IMG/VR virus record: IMGVR_UViG_3300015203_000009
Location: 1 to 63,641 of that record
From: a virus
Lineage: Duplodnaviria; Caudoviricetes
DNA length: 63,641 bases
Reading direction: 5' to 3' (one strand)
In this document: in pieces, positions 56,887 through 63,641 of the stretch
Position numbering within the stretch: position 1 is the stretch's first letter
Layout: each line of letters starts with the position of its first letter
Position numbers and translations under genes: made by a program
Notes under the pieces: model-generated
Databases searched by the model: none
Seen by the model: only the letters and a program-made list of their open reading frames with translations
Told to the model about the DNA's origin: nothing

Positions 56887-58767
56887 TCACCCGAGGTATT
56901 CGTTCCGGTCGGTGCAGCCGACGCGCTGCTCGTAGGGCGTGTTGTCGTCGTCTCCTTTCGAGACAGTGCCCGTGATCGTTGGCACTTCCGTCATACGCAT
57001 GCGGGCGACAAATACCAGTATTGTTACAGCGTCCGCGCGGTCGGGAGATTTGTTGCCTCGGCTTTTGTAATCCTTCTTGCTCTCCACTTTCTTCTTCGCG
57101 CCCGCGTGCGGATATTGCCGACCCGTGAGCTCGGCAATCAGCGGGTCTTGAGGGATGGCGGGGTTGATTTTTAGAAACCCGAATTCAATAAACTTGCTCG
57201 TGCCAAACCAGAGCTCGGTGAGCAAATTTTGATATTCGTCGGCGGGGAGTTTCTGGTCCTCGTCCATGATCTTTTTTTCTGTCGGAGACATGGAGCCGTT
57301 GATGCCCTTGGTCGCGTTGGAGAAAGTGGTGACGAGGACGTCGTGCACGCCCGCCCCGTTGCCCGCGCGGTCGACGCCCAAGCTCTGGCCCTTCACGTAC
57401 GTCCCCTTGGAGAGACGGACAATCTCGGCGACCAGTTTTAACGTGTCGCCTTTCGGCATCTGGAAAAGCTGGTCGAGCTGCAGCACTTCCCGTAGGACGG
57501 GGTGGCCGAATTGATTTTTAAAACTTTCGAGCGGGCTTTGCTTGCCGTCGATTGGGGGACGACGCCAGCCGGACGCTTTCCCCAGTCTGCCTAGGGCATA
57601 GATGGCATTGTCGCCGCCTTCGAGCGCGACGTCGACAGCGCCAATTGGTTCGGGCGTCTCGACAAATTCGTAGGTGCCGTAGACGTCATTCACGAGATGC
57701 TGCGGGATGACGACGAGGTCGAGGCCCTGCTCCGGGTACCATCCTCTTGCAAACGTATAGTACCCGGCTGTGCCTACGCCACCGGCATTCTTGATGGATA
57801 TTTCCAACCCACCTTTCGTCTGCAGGCCTTGATAAAGCGTCTGACCGCTCATCACGTTCTCGCTCTTGTAGGCATCAAGTCGCACCACACTCCAGTCGCG
57901 TTTGCTCACCCACGTCTCCGATGTCTCCATGTCGATGCTCTGCCATCCGTTCTTCGGCTCGACGCGTTGAGCGCATGCACTATTTCTGTCCTTTGGGTTG
58001 AAGGCAGCAAAAATCTTGAATTGTTCCAGCCCACTTGCGTTGGAAAGGATATTCACCGTGTCATCCCAAATACCGATGGGGATGTTCTCGGCTTCTTCCA
58101 AGAAAACGCGGAGACGAGAAAGTTTTCCAAATTGTGGATGCGGGTGCTTCCTCGGAATCACCTTCACGCCCTGTAGCCGTCCGGCGGCCTTCTTACCTGT
58201 CGGCACCACCAGACCAAAAATGCCGCTGTCCCGCTGCACCGCACTGAGAGTGATTCCAAGTTGGATGAGCTCGCCGGGGCCGGAAATACTGGCCTCTCGA
58301 TGAAGCTTCGCTAAGTGCGAAAAGAGATTGCGTTCAAGGTGGCCTTCAGATGGGCCGACGATTTGGATATTGGTGTAAAACGGGTCGCGTCTCCAATCAA
58401 GATAACTCCACACGCCGAGAGAATATGACTTACTCATCGAGCTGGCTCCTTGCACCGCCACGGCCACGGAAGAAAATACAGCGTCCCAAATCATCTTCAC
58501 TTGCCGGGGTTCGCCCGAAAAAAGATTGGGCGTCCACAGCAGCGTGGCTGCATCAACGTATCGCTGGCCGTCCAGCAAATATTGCAGGAAAGCCGCGAGA
58601 ATCTGGTTGGCTTGCTCCTCGTTTTTTATTGCAGTGTCGATCTGGAGGAATTCGGCCACTTGCTGCGCGGCTGTCACTCGGTTGCCTAGGTGCAGGGGCA
58701 AGGACACCGCCTTGGTGAAATCGGTGAGCTTTCCGCCGTGAACTAAACCTACGGGTGTTTCATCCAT
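56887..58767 (-). CDS. terL: Terminase large subunit
   Basis: Deviant Walker A GASSMSKS; Walker B VFLEEAE; FNP; nuclease GAVDVA..G.D, VD..G.GAGV.D, ESK...SPDRADA. Confidence 0.88.
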   Translation of the reverse strand: MDETPVGLVHGGKLTDFTKAVSLPLHLGNRVTAAQQVAEFLQIDTAIKNEEQANQILAAFLQYLLDGQRYVDAATLLWTPNLFSGEPRQVKMIWDAVFSSVAVAVQGASSMSKSYSLGVWSYLDWRRDPFYTNIQIVGPSEGHLERNLFSHLAKLHREASISGPGELIQLGITLSAVQRDSGIFGLVVPTGKKAAGRLQGVKVIPRKHPHPQFGKLSRLRVFLEEAENIPIGIWDDTVNILSNASGLEQFKIFAAFNPKDRNSACAQRVEPKNGWQSIDMETSETWVSKRDWSVVRLDAYKSENVMSGQTLYQGLQTKGGLEISIKNAGGVGTAGYYTFARGWYPEQGLDLVVIPQHLVNDVYGTYEFVETPEPIGAVDVALEGGDNAIYALGRLGKASGWRRPPIDGKQSPLESFKNQFGHPVLREVLQLDQLFQMPKGDTLKLVAEIVRLSKGTYVKGQSLGVDRAGNGAGVHDVLVTTFSNATKGINGSMSPTEKKIMDEDQKLPADEYQNLLTELWFGTSKFIEFGFLKINPAIPQDPLIAELTGRQYPHAGAKKKVESKKDYKSRGNKSPDRADAVTILVFVARMRMTEVPTITGTVSKGDDDNTPYEQRVGCTDRNEYLG

Positions 58768-59464
58768 ACTTACTTCCTTTTTCTAGATTCTCCTGAGCGA
58801 ACAAAGGCTGTTGGTTTGTGTAGTGGAAGCACGCGGCTTGCTGCACTGGGTCAGTGAGGTCAAATCGAGAACCTGGCTTAACATGGTCGACGTGCCACAC
58901 CGTTCCGTGGTTCTCCCACTTCATGCCCGGCTTGAATCGCTTTTCCAAATGCGTCCGGAATTCTTGGGCCGAGCAACCCAGCAATTTCAGGGAACTGGCC
59001 GACGCCCTCTTACCTTTAAGAACGCCATACCTCCGACATCTTATCGTGCCGCGCAGTTTAAAATTGGGGTCGATTGCTTTGCGTTTTTTATTCTGCTCGT
59101 TTTTTCGTTTATCATACTTCTTTCCGTGAAGGGTCCGGCTTCGTTTGTTGTAGGCCTTGACTTTCTCCGGGTGTTTCTTCCTCCACAGTCGGGCAATCTC
59201 GTTGGCTCTCTCGCGATTATTGGCCACCCACTGGCGGTGGTTCTCTGCCGCCTTTTCAGGGTTCGCAGCTTTCCACTGTTTATTCCTGTCGCGGAAAGAC
59301 TGCGGGTCTTCATGAAATCGGGCGAGCGCAGCAACGCGCCTCTTCTCCCGATTGCGTTCGTCGTAGGCGCGCTCGACTTCTCTCGCTAAAGTACGCAGGC
59401 CCTCTAACTTCGCCAACCACCACGAACGCACTACAGAATGCCACTTAGTAAACTCCAGTTCCAT
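58760..59464 (-). CDS. HNH-type homing endonuclease
   Basis: LLGCS...HLE..F..GM.WEN.G..WHVDHVKP...CFHYTN.QPL...N..K; class B motif at 59473-59483. Confidence 0.85.
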   Translation of the reverse strand: MELEFTKWHSVVRSWWLAKLEGLRTLAREVERAYDERNREKRRVAALARFHEDPQSFRDRNKQWKAANPEKAAENHRQWVANNRERANEIARLWRKKHPEKVKAYNKRSRTLHGKKYDKRKNEQNKKRKAIDPNFKLRGTIRCRRYGVLKGKRASASSLKLLGCSAQEFRTHLEKRFKPGMKWENHGTVWHVDHVKPGSRFDLTDPVQQAACFHYTNQQPLFAQENLEKGSKYG

Positions 59465-59802
59465 ACACAATTAAGTATCGGACTTTATAAGACTTTCCCA
59501 TGCTACATCTCACTTTTTATTTTTAATATAGTCGTGTCTGAGCTAGACATCACTTTTCCTATAGAAAAAATTTTTAAAAATTTCTCGACTACCACTTAGC
59601 TAAACTGGAGGCCCAAATCCCCCCGTACGGGTGCCTCGGGCTGGGCCTGCACCGGGCTACAGCTCAACGGACGACTCGACGAGTGGGACATGCTGGGAGC
59701 CGGCAGGGTGGGGAAGTGGTGATTTGTCAAGATGTTGATAGTGTAAGATTTCCCTACTTTACATAATAAAGAAGGTACGTAATCTTTTTTACAATTGAGT
59801 CC

Positions 59803-60516
59803 TTACACTGTTGGCTCATGCGGAGCTATGTCCGCGCTTGGCTGCGAAGGCGCGACATCGGCTAAGTCTAGGTAGGCTGTACGCGGTGGTCGACCACGAC
59901 TCTGTCCTCGTGCCTTAGAACGAATGCGGTGGCAGCAAGCACACACCGTCTCACATTTACCGAGCTCCTCCTTCAGCTTTTCAACCGATGCCCAGCGCCA
60001 TGCCGCTGACACTAGGAATTTCTTCTCTCCTCTTACGTGGTCTAGGTCCACTGCTTCAGGTGGAAAAGTACGGCCGCAATCGACACAGGGTTTGCCTTTA
60101 GCCTCATCAATCAACGCCTTCTTACTGAGAGTGTGTGGCGTCCTTTCAAGTCTCTTTGCACGACAGGTGTTACACCGTCGATTGTGGTACGCTGTAGGAT
60201 TGAGCGGGTCGGGGCGGTATTTGGAAAAAGACTCGATGGGGAGTTCGCGCCGACAATCGTAGCAACGCTTGCCAACGGCCGGAAGAAAAAGTGAGTCCTG
60301 TACTGGGGTGTTGTCCATGAGTTGGCGTTTTATTTCTATCAGTGTGTTGAGTGTATTGATGTCTGTCTTAACATTTCCTGTGAGTCTGTTGGTGAGATGT
60401 CGTCGCCCAAAGCTGGCTATGCGTTCAACTTTTTGCTCCCAGTGTACGCCGTACCAAACCTTGAACCACTCGCAGTGAATTCGAAGCTCTTCAATTGGAG
60501 GAAGGTCTAACGGCAT
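59803..60516 (-). CDS. HNH endonuclease-like protein
   Basis: CYDC, CNTC, PCVDCG...DLDHVRG.K...E..KC..VCA.CHR.R; start uncertain. Confidence 0.75.
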   Translation of the reverse strand: MPLDLPPIEELRIHCEWFKVWYGVHWEQKVERIASFGRRHLTNRLTGNVKTDINTLNTLIEIKRQLMDNTPVQDSLFLPAVGKRCYDCRRELPIESFSKYRPDPLNPTAYHNRRCNTCRAKRLERTPHTLSKKALIDEAKGKPCVDCGRTFPPEAVDLDHVRGEKKFLVSAAWRWASVEKLKEELGKCETVCACCHRIRSKARGQSRGRPPRTAYLDLADVAPSQPSADIAPHEPTV

Positions 60517-61066
60517 CTGCTACTCGTGCTGTCGTATCAATCACGGGGCTGGCATCGAAACGCTTCTGCAGTGCTTGGTACACGTTCACGATGAGGTTGG
60601 TGGTGTTTTTTGCGCCTGTGCTCACGTCTGCGTCGGCCGCAAGCTTGTCACCAAGCGCACGGTATTTGATGTCTGCCAGCGTTTGAATTCCCTTGGCCAA
60701 CTCAGTGAGAGCCTTGGGGTCGAACGTCGCAATGCCATCCTTGTCGGTGGTCACACAAAAAGAGCGTGCGGCGGCGGGGTCTTTTTCAAGGTCAGCGATG
60801 ATGTTGTCGAACACGGCACCGAGTCGCGTGGCCAGTGTGTAGTTGGAAATTCGATTCACTTCCTTTTCCATCTCGCGGCCTTCGTCGGTGTCAAGACGCG
60901 CCAAGCCATTGGCCTTGTCCTTCCAGTTGTTGTCGTGCGCGAGCGAGTCGATTCGTTCCTTCGGCACACGAGACACGGCCGCGACGCGCGCTGTGTTGCC
61001 ACCGAAAAACGTGAAGAGTTGAAAAAGCTGAACGTGGTCCTCGCGGACGACAAGAGTAGTAGACAT
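60491..61066 (-). CDS. Putative terminase small subunit
   Basis: First late gene; N-terminal HTH-like segment ending in W; class B variant at 61082-61092; start reassigned. Confidence 0.55.
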   Translation of the reverse strand: MSTTLVVREDHVQLFQLFTFFGGNTARVAAVSRVPKERIDSLAHDNNWKDKANGLARLDTDEGREMEKEVNRISNYTLATRLGAVFDNIIADLEKDPAAARSFCVTTDKDGIATFDPKALTELAKGIQTLADIKYRALGDKLAADADVSTGAKNTTNLIVNVYQALQKRFDASPVIDTTARVADAVRPSSN

Positions 61067-61283
61067 ACGTGCTTCTGTGTTAAGTATCCGACTTCGCACG
61101 ACAAGCGGACGACTGGACTCATTGCAGAGCAGGTGGGCTATCGAATGGACAAACAGGTGAGCCACCGCATTGCCGAATAACCTAGTCGACGAATCAGTGT
61201 GTTCACGTTTCCGTGACGTGTCGAAATCACGTGGGTTGTTGATGTTTCCTGCGTCGTCGAAAAGGCCCGAGGCAAGCGAAAGC

Positions 61284-61634
61284 TGTAGCGGACGGTAGGA
61301 TTTACCGTGTGTTTAAATTCTACCGTCCGCTACACGTTCTCTCTCCTCCTCCTGCTCTACTCTTCAACTACTTATATATTATTAGATGTAATATAAAAGG
61401 ATTGGTGAGAAGGGAATTAGGTTGGGCGAGCTGGGGAAAAAGGCACTTGTGTCATAAAGCGGCGGCCGAAAAGGCCGTCCCGCCTAAGACTCGCCAACCT
61501 AATTCCCTTCTCACAACAACTCTCCGTGTCTACAACAGTTCACGTATGTGCCTGATAGCTAACGCATCAATTTGTCCGATTGTTGTGCCACGCTACAGTA
61601 TTTAAACACACGGTAAATCCTACCGTCCGCTACA
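61284..61634. repeat. 35-bp perfect inverted repeat (61284-61318 / 61600-61634) plus nested hairpin
   Basis: TGTAGCGGACGGTAGGATTTACCGTGTGTTTAAAT and its reverse complement; third partial copy at 61320-61334. Confidence 0.92.
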
Positions 61635-61663
61635 ACTTTATGTCGCGCGGGCAAAAATATTCC

Positions 61664-61691
61664 TCGCCACTCCACCAGATGCTGCTATGTT
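61664..61691 (+). promoter_or_regulatory. Class A promoter TCGCCA-N16-TATGTT (leaderless)
   Basis: -10 ends 6 nt before ATG 61698; TGn extension. Confidence 0.7.
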
Positions 61692-61697
61692 GATGGA

Positions 61698-62363
61698 ATG
61701 TCGGACAGCTTTTCCTTTCTCCCAACCAACCTTGACGGCGTGCTGCCGACGCTCGTGCGTGTCGACGCGGAGCGTCAGCTGGAGTTGTTGCGCTACACGT
61801 GGAAATATGTTAAGCACTCCGGTCGCGTCCTGCGGCGCAATGCGTGTGACAGGGCGCGGGGCGTGAAGAACGGCAGAATGGTGAGGGCCAACGTCTATCT
61901 CGAAGAATTCATCTTCGGACCGAGCACGTGTCGCATCAATTTCAGGAACGGCGACCCGCTCGATTTTCGTCTGGAGAATTTGCTACCCGACCCGAAGCTC
62001 ACTGTGGCCGTTTTCGGCCACTGCCAAGGTTTCACGTTCGACCACCTGCCTGAGCACACCGCGGCTCTGCGTGATATCCTTAACCACATTGACTACTATC
62101 GCGCCGAGGCCAAGAGCAGCCGGAATATCTTTTCGATTGCGAAGACGCGCGAGGTGCTTGAGTATGTCAAGGTGCGCTGCGCCGGTTGGGGCTACGAGGC
62201 GACAGCCTTTCGCGTGGCCGCGAACATGAACGGCGGCGCAGCCATCAGCCCGCAGCAACTTCTCCGCATCATCCAAGGGAAGAGCTGCAAGGTGCCCGGC
62301 TATGATTATGCCGCACTCGCCGCCACACGGACAGCGAAGCCCGGTCGCCCCGCGCGCACCTGA
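61698..62363 (+). CDS. Degenerate HNH-like domain plus C-terminal HTH-like protein
   Basis: YLEEFIFG...INFRNGDPLDFRLENL, with the catalytic His apparently lost. Confidence 0.6.
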   Translation: MSDSFSFLPTNLDGVLPTLVRVDAERQLELLRYTWKYVKHSGRVLRRNACDRARGVKNGRMVRANVYLEEFIFGPSTCRINFRNGDPLDFRLENLLPDPKLTVAVFGHCQGFTFDHLPEHTAALRDILNHIDYYRAEAKSSRNIFSIAKTREVLEYVKVRCAGWGYEATAFRVAANMNGGAAISPQQLLRIIQGKSCKVPGYDYAALAATRTAKPGRPART

Positions 62364-62387
62364 ACCCACTCGTCGCACAATTTTCAA

Positions 62388-62564
62388 ATGACACCCAAGC
62401 CACACGAGCCACCGTCAGGCACGCGCTGGCTTTCCCACGGCGAGCGCCTGCAGGAGGGCGACGAATATTGGAACGCACGTGATGGAAAATTCCTCGCCAC
62501 GTTCAAGTTTCACCATATCTTGGATGATTACGACCTCCTCGTCGGCTACATCCACAAAATTTAA
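62388..62564 (+). CDS. 58-aa hypothetical protein
   Basis: MTPKPHEPPSGTRWLSHGERLQEGDEYW... Confidence 0.55.
   Translation: MTPKPHEPPSGTRWLSHGERLQEGDEYWNARDGKFLATFKFHHILDDYDLLVGYIHKI
62494..62521 (+). promoter_or_regulatory. Class A promoter TCGCCA-N16-TATCTT
   Basis: Same motif and spacing; upstream of ATG 62568. Confidence 0.65.
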
Positions 62565-62567
62565 AAC

Positions 62568-62753
62568 ATGAACCAATTCATTCAGCTTCACACGCCCACG
62601 TCAGGCACGCCGATTGTGGTGAACGTAAATGCCATCGCCAGCCTGTGGGGAGCCAACGGGCACACCAAGATTGATTTCATCGGGTTGCCCGACGGCACCC
62701 TCGAAGTGAAGGAATTGCCCGGCCAAATTCTCGCCCTCATTCCAAAACAATGA
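62568..62753 (+). CDS. Small FlbD-like protein
   Basis: FIQL...G.PIVVN...I......T.I......L.VKE...I. Confidence 0.55.
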   Translation: MNQFIQLHTPTSGTPIVVNVNAIASLWGANGHTKIDFIGLPDGTLEVKELPGQILALIPKQ

Positions 62754-63388
62754 GCCCCGCCGAATATCTTACCATCCCCGTTCAGATTCGCGACACCACG
62801 CCCATTTTCAAGGAGTGGCCGAAAATTTCGCGCCTCAGTCGTGACGTGGTGGTAACAGAAAAAATCGACGGGTCCTGTGGTGTTGTTTATTTCGACGACG
62901 ATTTGCGCATGCTCGTCGGAAACCGCAACAGGTGGCTCACGGAGAAGGAGGACAATTTCGGATTTTTCAAATGGGCCACGGAGCACGAGGACGAACTCCG
63001 TGAGCTCGGCAAAGGCCATCATTACGGCGAGTGGTGGGGCTCTGGCATCCAGCGCGGCTACGGGCTGAAGAACGGCGAGCGTCATTTCTCCCTTTTCAAC
63101 ACGGGCCGCTGGGTGGGCTATTGGACAGCGCAGTTTGGGGAAGTGGTGGGACAGCTTCCGGAAGGCATGGCATATGCCCCTGCCTGCTGCCGCGTCGTGC
63201 CCGTCCTCTGTCGCGGCGAATTCGACACCACCATGATTGAAAATACCCTCGATGCTCTCGACCGGTGGGGCAGCGTCGCCTCGAAGGGATTTATGAAACC
63301 CGAGGGCATCGTCATCTATCACACGGCCGCGAACATGATGTTCAAGAAAACATGCGTCGACGACGAAAAGCGAAAGAGCGAGGCCTGA
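62750..63388 (+). CDS. RNA ligase (Rnl2-like nucleotidyltransferase domain)
   Basis: TEKIDG, NR....DNFGF, YGEWWG.GIQ, VVPVL, EGIV, FK. Confidence 0.85.
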   Translation: MSPAEYLTIPVQIRDTTPIFKEWPKISRLSRDVVVTEKIDGSCGVVYFDDDLRMLVGNRNRWLTEKEDNFGFFKWATEHEDELRELGKGHHYGEWWGSGIQRGYGLKNGERHFSLFNTGRWVGYWTAQFGEVVGQLPEGMAYAPACCRVVPVLCRGEFDTTMIENTLDALDRWGSVASKGFMKPEGIVIYHTAANMMFKKTCVDDEKRKSEA

Positions 63389-63389
63389 T

Positions 63390-63641
<252 letters not shown>

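Overview
This is most of the genome of a dsDNA tailed phage with a podovirus-like gene set. Both contig ends break inside simple repeats, so a gap probably remains in the early region. The + strand (61.7 kb to the end, then 1-18.8 kb) carries early and replication genes: RNA ligase, RlpA-like protein, two sigma-70-like factors, SF2 helicase, PD-(D/E)XK nuclease, putative SSB, PolA, a Mom-like DNA-modification enzyme, primase-helicase and a metallophosphoesterase. The - strand (18.8-61.1 kb) carries terminases, an RNA-gene cluster, portal, scaffold, capsid, tail and tailspike proteins and internal virion proteins. Top finding: a complete but non-canonical tRNA-Gly(TCC) cloverleaf is written into the first 29 codons of the mom-like gene. 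It has GlyRS identity elements plus features expected to keep it out of translation, suggesting a dedicated glycyl donor for DNA hypermodification. Also notable: a GDP-fucose pathway and three glycosyltransferase-like genes inside the head module; an RNA cluster of tRNA(CAT), an unknown ~320-nt structured RNA, tmRNA and an aberrant 106-nt tRNA-like RNA; two recurring promoter-like motifs; and a 35-bp inverted-repeat element at the divergence point. All calls come from manual motif reading; no database searches were run.
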